From Burkholderiales bacterium (GTDB taxonomy: Bacteria > Pseudomonadota > Gammaproteobacteria > Burkholderiales > SG8-39), in assembly GCA_014860395.1 (NCBI GenBank), contig JACZJU010000119.1, forward strand, positions 5,851 through 69,850: 64,000 nucleotides of DNA. Direction: 5' to 3'. This document shows, piece by piece, positions 1 through 11,078 of this stretch; position 1 is the stretch's first letter, and each line of letters opens with the position of its first letter. The notes below the pieces were generated by a model that worked only from the letters and a program-made list of their open reading frames with translations, made no database searches and was not told the DNA's origin. A program made the translations under genes and the position numbers.

Positions 1-737
1 TGCCGCCCCTGGTCCTGTCCTTCGGCTGGCGCTGGGGCGCGGTGGCAGTGGCGCTGCTGTGCCTAGCGGTAGCGCTTGCGGTGCAGCCGGCGCGCGCCGC
101 CGACGCCGCGACGCGGCGCAGCGGAGGTTCCGGCTCCATGGCGGAGTTTTTCGCGCCGCTCGGCATGGTGTTCGCCAACCCTCCGGTGCTGGAACTCGCG
201 ATCGTTTCGATGATCTTCGGCTCGGCGCAGCTCGCGCTCATCGCCTATCTCGTTTCCTATCTGAACCTGGAGCTGGGCTACGGTCTGGTTGCGGCCGGAT
301 TGATCTATTCCGCCGCGCACGCGGCGGGCATCGTCGGGCGCATAACCTGGGGCGCAGTGGCCGATCGCTGGCTGTCGCCGCGCAGCATGCTCGGCTTGCT
401 CGGCGTGATGATGGCACTCTCCGGCATGGGGGTGGCGGCGTTCAGCGCGGACTGGCCGCTGCCGGCGGTAATCCTGGTGAGCGCGCTGTTCGGCGCTTCC
501 GCGGTGGGCTGGAATGGCGTATATCTCGCGGAAGTGGCGCGGCGCGCTCCGCCTGGAAAGGTGGGCGCGATCACCGGCGGCACGCAGTTCCTCACCTTCA
601 TCGGGGCATTGGCGGCGCCGCCGCTTTTCGGTTTCGTGGTCGGGCTGGTCGGGAGTTATGGCAAAGCGTATTTCGTGTTCTGCCTGTTGCCCGCGCTTGC
701 CGGCTTGCGCATGCTAATGAGCGGGCGCAGGGCCTGA
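1..737 (+). CDS. MFS transporter, C-terminal part (5' end outside window)
   Basis: Frame is open from the window edge to TGA 735-737. Translation is a run of hydrophobic helices (..LIAYLVSYLNLELGYGLVAAGLIYSAAHAAGIVGRITWGAVADRW..), typical of the C-terminal half of an MFS permease. Confidence 0.7.
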   Translation, partial: PPLVLSFGWRWGAVAVALLCLAVALAVQPARAADAATRRSGGSGSMAEFFAPLGMVFANPPVLELAIVSMIFGSAQLALIAYLVSYLNLELGYGLVAAGLIYSAAHAAGIVGRITWGAVADRWLSPRSMLGLLGVMMALSGMGVAAFSADWPLPAVILVSALFGASAVGWNGVYLAEVARRAPPGKVGAITGGTQFLTFIGALAAPPLFGFVVGLVGSYGKAYFVFCLLPALAGLRMLMSGRRA

Positions 738-739
738 CC

Positions 740-1441
740 ATGCGGGCAGATCTGAATCAAGTGTCGCGCCAGGCCGTACTGCTGGTGCACGGACTGTGGA
801 TGGGGGGCTGGATCATGCAGGCCCTGTGCCTCCAGCTTTCGCGCCGCGGCTATGCGGCCCATGCCTTCAGCTATGCTTCCACCGCGCAGAGCCTGGACGA
901 GCATGCGCGGCGGCTTGCCGCGCGCATAGCCGAATTGCGCGAACCCGTAGTCCATCTGGTTGGTCACAGCCTGGGTGGCCTGGTGATCCTGCGCTGCCTG
1001 AAGAATCATGGCGAGCAACGCATCGGCCGCGTCGTGCTGATCGGTACGCCGGTGCGCGCATGCATGGCGGGGCGGCGGCTGGAAGACTTGGCCGGGGGCA
1101 AACGGCTGCTGGGCGCGAGCCGGGACATCTGGCGTAACCTGCCCGAGGTGTTCCGGCCTGGGTGCGAGCTCGGCGTGATCGCGGGCAGCCGTCCCTGGGG
1201 TTTGGGGCGCATGCTGGTGCGCCTGCCGGGCACCAACGATGGCGTGGTTCGGCTGGAGGAGACTGAGGTGACCGGGATGCGCGACCGCGTGGTACTGCCG
1301 CTCAGCCACAGCGGCATGCTGGTTTCGGCGCAGGTGGCGCGTCAGGTTGCTGTCTTCCTCGAACGCGGCGCGTTCGACCACGGCGGTCGCGGCGTGTTTG
1401 AACGCGACGGTCGCGGCGCGGCCGGGCGGGCGGGCCGCTGA
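740..1441 (+). CDS. alpha/beta hydrolase (lipase/esterase-like)
   Basis: ATG 740 lies inside the long 59..1441 ORF, 2 nt after the MFS stop. It has LLVHGLWMGG and a GHSLGG nucleophile-elbow motif, and is ~233 aa. Confidence 0.75.
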   Translation: MRADLNQVSRQAVLLVHGLWMGGWIMQALCLQLSRRGYAAHAFSYASTAQSLDEHARRLAARIAELREPVVHLVGHSLGGLVILRCLKNHGEQRIGRVVLIGTPVRACMAGRRLEDLAGGKRLLGASRDIWRNLPEVFRPGCELGVIAGSRPWGLGRMLVRLPGTNDGVVRLEETEVTGMRDRVVLPLSHSGMLVSAQVARQVAVFLERGAFDHGGRGVFERDGRGAAGRAGR

Positions 1442-2553
1442 TGCGCATGCTCCGGTTGCTGCTGCTCATTGCGCTCGCGCCCATGCTTGGCGGCTGCTCC
1501 ACGGTCGGCTATTACTCGCAGGCGGTGCGCGGACAACTGGACCTGCTGCGCCGCGCGACACCGATAGAAAAGGAGCTCGCGAGCGAAACCGTTCCGGCCG
1601 CCTTGAAGGCCAAGCTGCGTGCGGTGCTGCGCATGCGCGAGTTCGCCAGCCGCGAGCTCGCGCTGCCCGACAACGACAGCTACAAGCGCTATGCCGACCT
1701 CGGGCGGCGCTATGCCGTTTGGAACGTGTTCGCCGCGCCTGAATTCTCGATCGAGCCGGTCACCTCCTGCTTTCCGATCGCCGGCTGCGTCAGCTACCGC
1801 GGCTACTTCGCCGAGGCCGACGCCCAGGCTGCGGGCGCTGCGCTGCGCGAGCGCGGCTACGATGTCTACATTGGCGGTGTGCCCGCATACTCGACCCTGG
1901 GCTGGTTCGACGACCCCGTCCTCAGCACCTTCATCCGCTATCCCGATGCGGAGCTCGCCCGCCTCATGTTCCACGAGCTCGCTCACCAGCTGCTCTATGT
2001 GAAGGACGACACGCGCTTCAACGAATCCTTCGCGGTGACGGTGGAACAGGCGGGCGTCGAGCGCTGGCTCGCATACAGCGGGAGCGAAACCGAGCGCGCG
2101 GCTTACGCGCGCTCGCAGCGGATCAGAAGCGAATTCCTCGCGCTGCTTTTCAAGTATCGGACGATACTGCAGCAATATTATTTGCAGGACCTGCCGCCGG
2201 CGCAAAAGCGTTTGGGCAAGGCGCAGCGCTTCGCCGACATGGAAGCGGAGTACCTGCAGCTGAAAGCTTCATGGGGCGGCTTCGGCGGATACGACCGCTG
2301 GTTTGCCGGCAAGCCGAACAATGCGACCCTGGCCTCGGTTGCGTTGTACACAGACTTGGTGCCGGCGTTCAGCGCCCTGCTCGAGCGCGAAGGCGGCGAT
2401 CTGCCGCGTTTTTATGCCGCGGTAAAGCAGCTGGCGCGACTGCCCAAGGACGAGCGCGACGCGCGCCTAAGCGCCTATCAGCGTGCGGTCCAGCCCAGAT
2501 CCATGGTCAGCGCGGCGCCGGTGATCACGCCCGCGCTCTCGCCACACAGGTAG
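1441..2553 (+). CDS. predicted aminopeptidase-family lipoprotein (zinc protease motif)
   Basis: The start overlaps the previous stop (TGATG). It has a signal peptide with lipobox-like APMLGGCS and an HELAHQ metalloprotease motif. The last ~25 codons overlap bdhA convergently. Confidence 0.65.
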   Translation: MRMLRLLLLIALAPMLGGCSTVGYYSQAVRGQLDLLRRATPIEKELASETVPAALKAKLRAVLRMREFASRELALPDNDSYKRYADLGRRYAVWNVFAAPEFSIEPVTSCFPIAGCVSYRGYFAEADAQAAGAALRERGYDVYIGGVPAYSTLGWFDDPVLSTFIRYPDAELARLMFHELAHQLLYVKDDTRFNESFAVTVEQAGVERWLAYSGSETERAAYARSQRIRSEFLALLFKYRTILQQYYLQDLPPAQKRLGKAQRFADMEAEYLQLKASWGGFGGYDRWFAGKPNNATLASVALYTDLVPAFSALLEREGGDLPRFYAAVKQLARLPKDERDARLSAYQRAVQPRSMVSAAPVITPALSPHR

Positions 2554-3251
2554 GCGGCGAAATCGGCCACCTCGGTCGGCTCGATCAGGCGCTTCACCGC
2601 AGCCGGCTCGAGCATGATTTTCTCGATGACTTCCTCGGCCGGAATGCCGCGCGTGCGCGCCTGGTCGGCAATCTGCGCGTCCACCAGCGGCGTGCGCACA
2701 TAAGCCGGGCAGATCGCGTTCGCGGTGATGCCGAAGGCGCCGCCTTCCAGCGCCGCGGTCTTGGTCAGGCCCACCATGCCGTGCTTGGCGCTGATGTAGG
2801 AACTCTTGTTGGGCGAGGCGATCAGGCCGTGGATGGAAGAGATGTTGATGATGCGTCCCCAGCGCTGCGCTTTCATCGCCGGCCAGACATACTTGGTGAG
2901 CAGGAAGGGTGCGGTCAGCATCACCGCCTGCATCTTGTCCCACACGTCCTCGGGAAAGGCCTCGATGGTCTCGACATGCTGGAAGCCCGCGTTGTTGACC
3001 AGGATGTGCACCGTGCCGTAGGCGGCCAGGGCCTGGTCGATGAGCGCGCGGCAATCGGCGCGCTTGCCCATGTCCGCGTGCACGAAGGTGCCGCCCAGCC
3101 GTGCGGCGGCGGCCGCGCCTGCGTCTGCGTTGATGTCGGACACGACCACTTTGGCGCCGTCGGCGGCAAGCCGCTCGGCAATCGCCAGGCCCAGGCCGCT
3201 GGCGGCGCCGGTGACGACGGCGATCTTGCCCCCGAGTTGCGATTGAGCCAC
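2478..3251 (-). CDS. bdhA: 3-hydroxybutyrate dehydrogenase (SDR family)
   Basis: 257 aa. It has the TGAASGLG Rossmann motif, NNAG, and S..YxxxK (YISAKHG). The overall sequence is typical of D-beta-hydroxybutyrate dehydrogenase. Confidence 0.85.
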   Translation of the reverse strand: MAQSQLGGKIAVVTGAASGLGLAIAERLAADGAKVVVSDINADAGAAAAARLGGTFVHADMGKRADCRALIDQALAAYGTVHILVNNAGFQHVETIEAFPEDVWDKMQAVMLTAPFLLTKYVWPAMKAQRWGRIINISSIHGLIASPNKSSYISAKHGMVGLTKTAALEGGAFGITANAICPAYVRTPLVDAQIADQARTRGIPAEEVIEKIMLEPAAVKRLIEPTEVADFAAYLCGESAGVITGAALTMDLGWTAR

Positions 3252-3256
3252 GGGAT

Positions 3257-3877
3257 TCAGCTGAGCGGCAGCAACACGCTCTTCTTGAACGCCTCGCGCT
3301 GGCTCAAGCGCTTGAACCAGGCTTCGACGTTGGGCCGGGACGGCCGTTCCATTTCGATGCCGAACCAGCGCCAGCTGATGGTGCCCAGCGGAATGTCGCC
3401 GATGCTGAGCTGCTTGCCGGCGATATAGTCGCGACCAGCGAGCGCTGCGTCGAGCATTTGCAGGATTTCGCCCGCCTTCTTGCGCGCGGCTTCAATCTCC
3501 TCCATGTTGCGCTTTTCCGGAGGCGTTCTCACCAGGCCCCAGAACACCGTGCGCATCGGCGGCCAGTACACGGTCGCGCACCAGTCCATCCACTTGTCCG
3601 ATTGCGCCCGCTCCGCCGGGTCTTCGGCCCACAGGCTGCCCTTGCCGTATTTCGCGCCCAGGTAGCGCACGATCGCGTTGGACTCCCAGATCACCGCGCC
3701 TCCGTCCTCGATCACGGGCACCAGGCCGTTGGGATTCATTTGGCGGAATTGCGGCTCGTTGACCACGCCGTACTGCATGCCTGCATCGATGCGCTCGTAT
3801 GGCACCTTCAGCTCTTCCAGGCACCAGATCGCTTTTTGCACGTTGACCGAATTGTTGCGTCCCCAAAGTTTCAGCAT
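3257..3877 (-). CDS. glutathione S-transferase (GstB/YliJ-like)
   Basis: The ORF is 3257..3895. I chose ATG 3877 (MLKLWGRNNSVNVQK..) because E. coli GstB starts MITLWGRN. It has thioredoxin-like N-terminal and helical C-terminal GST domains. Confidence 0.8.
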   Translation of the reverse strand: MLKLWGRNNSVNVQKAIWCLEELKVPYERIDAGMQYGVVNEPQFRQMNPNGLVPVIEDGGAVIWESNAIVRYLGAKYGKGSLWAEDPAERAQSDKWMDWCATVYWPPMRTVFWGLVRTPPEKRNMEEIEAARKKAGEILQMLDAALAGRDYIAGKQLSIGDIPLGTISWRWFGIEMERPSRPNVEAWFKRLSQREAFKKSVLLPLS

Positions 3878-3967
3878 AGCCTTAATTGCTCCCAATCTAT
3901 TGACGCTGGCGTCATTGTAAGTGGCGACTCAAATCGCGCATCCTCGTTGCTGCAGGGTTGCGATTTT

Positions 3968-4148
3968 GCGCGGACGAAAAGCTGTCCGCGCGGGTCGTCA
4001 ATTGCGCGCGGATGAAAAGCGCATCCGCACGCAATTGACGACCTTGTATAACCCCGAACCGTTCTTGCTTTTAACAGTAACCATGCTTTCTGCACGGATG
4101 CGCTTTTCATCCGTGCAGAAAGCATGGTTGGCGCGCGCAGCGCGCAAG
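3968..4148. repeat. cluster of three long hairpin repeats (REP/BIME-like), related to the elements at 35.1 kb and 57.7 kb
   Basis: Hairpins lie at 3968-3991, 3994-4042 (21-bp arms, 1 mismatch) and 4079-4129 (perfect 22-bp arms). They are followed by the GC box GGCGCGCGCAGCGCGCAA. The core CGGATG..CATCCG is shared with 35149-35168. Confidence 0.8.
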
Positions 4149-4193
4149 TTCGGTCTCGGCATGCGACGGCATTCGGAGCGACGTAGATAGAAA

Positions 4194-5783
4194 TCAAAAA
4201 CCTACTGCCTGCCCGTCGCGGCGCGGGTCGGAGGCGCCCAGATAACCGTCGTCGAGTTTGTATATCATCTGCGCGCTGCCGAAATCCATGTAGCCCTCGA
4301 CCAGTTCCACTATCTCGTGGCCGCGACGCTCCAGTTCGGCTAGCGTTTCCCGGGAGAATCCGCCCTCGACGTTGACGCGCAGGCCTTCGATCACGCGAAA
4401 GCGCGGGCCGTCGGCGCAGGCCTGCGGATTCTGCCCGTAGTCGGCGAGCCGCACCATGACCTGGGCGTGGCCCTGCGGCTGCATGCTGCCGCCCATCACG
4501 CCGAAGCTCATGACCGCCTGCCCGTCCTTGGTGACGAAGCCGGGGATGATGGTTTGGAACGGGCGCTTGCTCGGGCCCACCTGGTTCGGGTGCCCCGGCT
4601 CAAGGGTGAAAGTGTGGCCGCGATTCTGCAGGCTCACGCCCGTACCCGGCACCACCACGCCCGAGCCGAAGCCCATGTAGTTGGACTGGATGAAGGACAC
4701 CATCATGCCGCTGGCATCGGCGGCGGTCAGATAGACCGTGCCGCTCTTGGGCGGGGTGCCGTGCTTGAAATTTTGCGCGCGCTTCAGGTCGATCAGTTTT
4801 GCGCGGCCGGCAAGATACGCCGGGTCGAGCAGCTCCGCATTGCTTACTGTCATGGTCCTGGGGTCGGACACGTGGCGGTAGACGTCGGTGAAAGCGACTT
4901 TCATTGCCTCGATCTGCAGGTGTACGCTGTCGGCCGAGTCGACCGGGTAGCTCTTTACGTCGAAATGCTGCAGGATCCCCAGCGCCATCAGCGCGGCGAT
5001 ACCCTGGCCGTTGGGCGGCAGTTCGTGCAGGGTGTAGCCGCGATAGTCCTGCGCCAGCGGCTCGACCCAGTCCGAAAGGTGGGCGGCGAAATCGGCTGCG
5101 ATCATCAGCGCGCCATGTTCCTTCGCGTGGGCCGCGATCTTGCGCACGATGTCGCCGCGATAGAACGCTTCGCCGCGGGTTTCGGCGATCAGCTCCAGCG
5201 TCTTCGCCTGGTCGGGGAAACTGAACTTCTCGCCCGGCAGAGGCGCGCGACCGCGCGGCATGAAGGCTTCCTTGAACCCGGGCTGCACCTGCAGCTCGGT
5301 CACCTGGTTGGCCCACTGCTTGGCGATGGTGGGCGACACCAGATAGCCGTCGCGGGCGTAGCCGATCGCCGGCTCGAACAAGTCGGCGAAAGGCAGATTG
5401 CCGAAGCGTGCGGACAGCGACACCCAGGCCGAGACGCAGCCGGGCACGGTCACGGTGTTCCAGCCGCGCATCGGCATGGTCTTGTGATCTTTGAAAAACT
5501 CCGGCGTCCAGGCGGCGGGCGAGCGGCCCGAAGCATTGAAGCCGTGCAGCTTCTTTCCGTCCCAGATGATGGCGAAAGCATCGCTGCCGATGCCGTTCGA
5601 AACCGGTTCCAGCACGGTAAGCGCGATGGCGGTCGCCAGCGCCGCATCCATGGCGCTGCCGCCCTGTTGCAGCATGCGCAGCCCGGCCTGTGCCGCTAGC
5701 GGCTGCGAGGTCGCGACGATATTTCGGGCGAGTATGGGTTTGCGGTAGGAAGTATAGGGAAACTGCCAATCGAAGGCGGACAT
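4194..5783 (-). CDS. ggt: gamma-glutamyltransferase family protein
   Basis: 529 aa, with GGSAMDAA, a TVYL..D..GMMVS region and the autoprocessing-type T residue context (GSGVVVPGTG). No obvious signal peptide. Confidence 0.85.
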   Translation of the reverse strand: MSAFDWQFPYTSYRKPILARNIVATSQPLAAQAGLRMLQQGGSAMDAALATAIALTVLEPVSNGIGSDAFAIIWDGKKLHGFNASGRSPAAWTPEFFKDHKTMPMRGWNTVTVPGCVSAWVSLSARFGNLPFADLFEPAIGYARDGYLVSPTIAKQWANQVTELQVQPGFKEAFMPRGRAPLPGEKFSFPDQAKTLELIAETRGEAFYRGDIVRKIAAHAKEHGALMIAADFAAHLSDWVEPLAQDYRGYTLHELPPNGQGIAALMALGILQHFDVKSYPVDSADSVHLQIEAMKVAFTDVYRHVSDPRTMTVSNAELLDPAYLAGRAKLIDLKRAQNFKHGTPPKSGTVYLTAADASGMMVSFIQSNYMGFGSGVVVPGTGVSLQNRGHTFTLEPGHPNQVGPSKRPFQTIIPGFVTKDGQAVMSFGVMGGSMQPQGHAQVMVRLADYGQNPQACADGPRFRVIEGLRVNVEGGFSRETLAELERRGHEIVELVEGYMDFGSAQMIYKLDDGYLGASDPRRDGQAVGF

Positions 5784-5853
5784 GCGGAAATCCTCTTGCG
5801 GAAGGTAAGAACCAGCGTGGGTTATGTGGCGGCGCGACTAAGCGCGTACGTAG

Positions 5854-5869
5854 TGTGAACTAATTCACA
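5854..5869. promoter_or_regulatory. CRP/Vfr-type binding site candidate (TGTGA-N6-TCACA)
   Basis: The sequence is tgtgaactaattcaca, with perfect half-sites. It lies in the divergent intergenic region between ggt (start 5783) and the small ORF at 5936. Confidence 0.35.
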
Positions 5870-5935
5870 TTCTACCAGCTAGCCATCAGCGACAGGTCGC
5901 AACACGCTTGTTAGCATGAAATCCTCCCGCTAAGA

Positions 5936-6184
5936 ATGAGATGCATGAGCAAGTCTTCGTACAATGACACCTACGTCCGATGCTCCTCTTGCCACAAGGA
6001 GGTTTTCAGGAAGCTGCGGCGCTGCCCGCATTGCGGCCATGGCATGCGCTGGAAACTGAAATCCCTGGTTGTGTGGTTGGCCGCGGCGATGGCCGCCACC
6101 TTGATAAGCATCGTGCTGGCTCATTGGCTGGAGGACCGTGGCGAGGCTCCAGCAGCGCTCATGGCCGATGGTTTCGGAGATTAG
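5936..6184 (+). CDS. small zinc-ribbon plus single-TM protein (hypothetical)
   Basis: 82 aa, with CxxC-N10-CPHC followed by a hydrophobic helix (LVVWLAAAMAATLISIVLA). Support is ORF and motifs only. Confidence 0.35.
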   Translation: MRCMSKSSYNDTYVRCSSCHKEVFRKLRRCPHCGHGMRWKLKSLVVWLAAAMAATLISIVLAHWLEDRGEAPAALMADGFGD

Positions 6185-6262
6185 TAGCCTACGCGGGCCG
6201 CAGGCGCTCACGCACGACGTGCAGAACAGGAAGATCGGTTTAGGGCGAACGCTTACGCCTTT

Positions 6263-8036
<1,774 letters not shown>

Positions 8037-8119
8037 ATGTGGCCCGGTCGAGTAGGGACTGTCGCCAAATTGTAGCGTAAAATTTATGCCATCTTTTCCT
8101 CTTCCGGCCCACCTTGACC

Positions 8120-9811
8120 ATGAAAAACGAACTGAAATCCCGCACCGGCGGCCAGCTGCTGGTGGACGCGCTGAAGGTGCACGGCGTCGATACCGCGTTC
8201 TGCGTGCCGGGCGAGAGCTACCTCGCCGTGCTCGATGCCCTTTACGACGCGCGCGAGGCGATCAAGCTCATCGTCTGCCGCCAGGAAGGCGGCGCAGCCA
8301 ACATGGCCGAGGCCTACGGCAAGCTCACGGGCAAGCCCGGCATCTGCATGGTGACGCGCGGTCCGGGCGCGACCAACGCGTCGATCGGCGTGCACACCGC
8401 GTTCCAGGATTCCACGCCGATGATTCTGCTGATCGGCCAGGTGGGCAGCGACTTCGTCGAGCGCGAGGCGTTCCAGGAGGTCGATTTCCGCCGCATGTAC
8501 GGCCAGATGGCCAAATGGGTGGCAAGCATAGACCGCGTCGAGCGGGTACCCGAGTATATGAGCCATGCGTTTCACTGCGCCATGTCCGGGCGCAAGGGGC
8601 CGGTGGTGCTGGCTCTGCCCGAGGACATGCTCACCCAGACTGCCGCCGCCGCGGACACCGATCCCTACCAGGAGGTGGCGGCGCATCCGGGCGCGGAGGA
8701 CATCGCCAAGCTGCGCGCCATGCTCGCCGCATCCGAGCGGCCGCTCGCGATCTTGGGCGGCAGCGGCTGGAACACCGAGGCCTGCGCCGACCTGCGCAAG
8801 TTCGTCGAAGCGAACGGCCTGCCTGCGGGCTGCGCCTTCCGCTTCCAGGATCTGTTCGACAATACCCATGCGAATTATGCCGGCGACATAGGCATAGGCA
8901 TCAATCCGAAACTGGCGCAGCGGGTGAAGGACGCTGATTTGCTGTTGGTAATCGGCGCTCGCCTGGGGGAGATGACCACCAGCGGCTACACGCTCTTGTC
9001 GGTGCCGCGCCCGGCGCAGAAGCTCGTGCACATCCACGCCGGCGCAGAAGAACTCGGCCGGGTGTACCAGGGCGACCTGCTGATCAACTCGGGGATGCCG
9101 CAGATCGCCGCCGCGCTCGCCGCAATGGCGCCGGTCGAGTCCAAGCCTTGGCGCGAGTGGACGCAGATCGCGCATGCCGACTACCTTGAATGGACCAAGC
9201 CCCGCACCATACCGGGCAGGCTGCAGCTGTGGGACGTGATCGACCACCTCAGGCAACGACTGCCGGCAGACGCCATCCTCACCAACGGCGCGGGGAATTA
9301 CTCGGGCTGGTTGCACCGCTTCTACCCGCACCGGACGTTCCGCACCCAGCTCGCGCCAACCAGCGGCGCCATGGGTTATGGCGTGCCCGCCGCGATCGCG
9401 GCGAAGATCGTGCGTCCAGAGCGGACGGTGGTTTCGTGGAACGGCGACGGGTGTTTCTTGATGTGCGGACAGGAGCTCGCAACCGCGGCGCAATACGGCG
9501 CCAACGTGATTTTCATCGTCGTCAACAACGGCATGTACGGCACCATACGCATGCACCAGGAGCGCGAGTACCCGGCGCGGGTGCACGGCACGGCGCTCGC
9601 CAATCCGGATTTCGTCCTGCTCGCGCGCGCCTACGGCGCGCACGGCGAGCTGGTCGAGGAAACCCCGCAGTTCGCCGCAGCGTTCGAGCGCGCCCTGGCC
9701 GCAACCGAGGCGGGCAAGTCGGCGCTGATTGAACTGCGCATCGACCCGCAGGCGATTACGCCCAATACCACGCTGGATGCGCTGCGCGAACAGGCGCTGA
9801 AGAAGCGGTGA
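8120..9811 (+). CDS. thiamine-pyrophosphate-dependent enzyme (acetolactate synthase large-subunit-like)
   Basis: The ORF is 8114..9811 (TTG). ATG 8120 is preferred. It has N-terminal TPP-pyrimidine, central, and C-terminal TPP-binding (GDGCFLM..NN) domains. Confidence 0.8.
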   Translation: MKNELKSRTGGQLLVDALKVHGVDTAFCVPGESYLAVLDALYDAREAIKLIVCRQEGGAANMAEAYGKLTGKPGICMVTRGPGATNASIGVHTAFQDSTPMILLIGQVGSDFVEREAFQEVDFRRMYGQMAKWVASIDRVERVPEYMSHAFHCAMSGRKGPVVLALPEDMLTQTAAAADTDPYQEVAAHPGAEDIAKLRAMLAASERPLAILGGSGWNTEACADLRKFVEANGLPAGCAFRFQDLFDNTHANYAGDIGIGINPKLAQRVKDADLLLVIGARLGEMTTSGYTLLSVPRPAQKLVHIHAGAEELGRVYQGDLLINSGMPQIAAALAAMAPVESKPWREWTQIAHADYLEWTKPRTIPGRLQLWDVIDHLRQRLPADAILTNGAGNYSGWLHRFYPHRTFRTQLAPTSGAMGYGVPAAIAAKIVRPERTVVSWNGDGCFLMCGQELATAAQYGANVIFIVVNNGMYGTIRMHQEREYPARVHGTALANPDFVLLARAYGAHGELVEETPQFAAAFERALAATEAGKSALIELRIDPQAITPNTTLDALREQALKKR

Positions 9812-10031
9812 GCGGATGCGCGTGGCCGCCGCGGTTGGCGCCTCCCTCTGATATGTCTGAGCCGTCAGATGCCCCTCCCCGCTGTTGACCTGCTCTGAAC
9901 CACAGTCGTCCCGCCGCTCGATGTTCCGTGGGCCGGTGGAATGAAAGGGTTTCGAAAGGATGCCTCTGTAAGATTGAATTTCCCGCCGTCGATTCTGCGG
10001 TGATAATTTCGAACCACCAGAGGAGAAGAGA

Positions 10032-11003
10032 ATGTTGAAGAAATCCCTTTCCGCCTTGGTCCTGGCAATTGCCTGCGGCTCGGCGCTCGCCGCCCCCAAC
10101 AAGCCCGAGTGCATCGCGCCCGCAAAACCGGGCGGCGGCTTCGATCTGACCTGCAAGTTGGCGCAGGCCGGCCTGCAGGACGGCAAATACATCGATTCCC
10201 CCCTTCGCATTACCTATATGCCCGGCGGCATCGGCGCGGTGGCCTACAACACCATCATCGCGCAGCGACCCGACGAGGCTGGCACGATCGTCGCGTTCTC
10301 CGGAGGATCGTTGCTGAATCTGGCCATCGGCAAGTTCGGGCGGTATAACGTCGACGACGTGAAATGGCTGGCCGCTATCGGCGCCGATTACGGCGCCGTG
10401 ACCGTGCGCGCGGATTCCCCATACAAGACCTTGAAGGATCTCATCACCACGCTCAAAGCCGACCCGACCAAGGTCGTGATGGGCGCCGGCGGCTCCGTGG
10501 GAAGCCAGGACTGGATGAAGTCCGCGCTGGTCGCCAAGGCCGCGGGCGTGAATTACAAGAACATGCGCTATGTGGCTTTCGAGGGCGGCGGCGAGGCGCT
10601 GACTGCACTGCTCGGCGGTCATGTTCAGGCCTATTTCGGCGACGCTTCGGAGGTCGGCGAATACTTGAAGGCAGGCAAGGTCCGCGTGCTGGCGGTGTTT
10701 TCTGACACGCGACTGCCGGGCGGGCTTGCAAATGTGCCGACAGCCAAGGAGCAAGGTTACGATGTGGAGTGGCCTATCATTCGCGGCTTCTACCTGGGAC
10801 CCAAGGTGAACGACGCCGATTACAATTGGTGGGCGGGCACTTTCGACAAAATGATGGCCACGCCTGAGTTTGCCAAGCAGCGCGAAGCACAGGGCCTGTT
10901 CCCCTTCGCTCTGACCGGGGCCAAGTTGGACGCTTTCGTCAAGGAACGCGTCAAGCGCTACGGCGAACTGGCAGCCGAATTCGGTCTGGTCGTAGTGAAG
11001 TAA
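10032..11003 (+). CDS. tctC: tripartite tricarboxylate transporter substrate-binding protein (Bug/TctC family)
   Basis: 323 aa with a signal peptide. It is followed directly by tctB- and tctA-like genes. The RBS is aggagaag. Confidence 0.85.
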   Translation: MLKKSLSALVLAIACGSALAAPNKPECIAPAKPGGGFDLTCKLAQAGLQDGKYIDSPLRITYMPGGIGAVAYNTIIAQRPDEAGTIVAFSGGSLLNLAIGKFGRYNVDDVKWLAAIGADYGAVTVRADSPYKTLKDLITTLKADPTKVVMGAGGSVGSQDWMKSALVAKAAGVNYKNMRYVAFEGGGEALTALLGGHVQAYFGDASEVGEYLKAGKVRVLAVFSDTRLPGGLANVPTAKEQGYDVEWPIIRGFYLGPKVNDADYNWWAGTFDKMMATPEFAKQREAQGLFPFALTGAKLDAFVKERVKRYGELAAEFGLVVVK

Positions 11004-11078
11004 GCGTCGTTTCCTTCGCCGGAGGCCAGGCGCCTCCGGCGGCGCGATGGCCCGGCAACCGCTTTGGGAGTACATCTC

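Noticed and set aside
59-1441. 460-aa ORF spanning the MFS gene region and the hydrolase
   Set aside because: Its first 227 codons overlap the MFS gene in another frame and are Arg-rich with no motifs. Only the part from ATG 740 has hydrolase features.
3921-4190. Small ORFs lying on the repeat elements (3921..4190, 35053..35241, 57703..57912), which share peptide strings
   Set aside because: The shared peptides (for example ARTGRRPRK) are a by-product of the repeated palindromic DNA. There are no start or RBS signals, and the reading frames are interchangeable on both strands.
8084-10210. 708-aa ORF on the minus strand, and similar long ORFs: 9756..11249(-), 23597..24775(-), 31932..33626(-), 36530..37660(-), 38676..39938(-), 54469..57006(+), 61060..62793(+), 6374..7612(+), 42180..43559(+)
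   Set aside because: Each is antisense or out of frame to a gene with clear family motifs. Their Arg/Gly/His/Ala-rich composition lacks recognisable domains. Such shadow ORFs are typical of high-GC DNA, where stop codons are rare.
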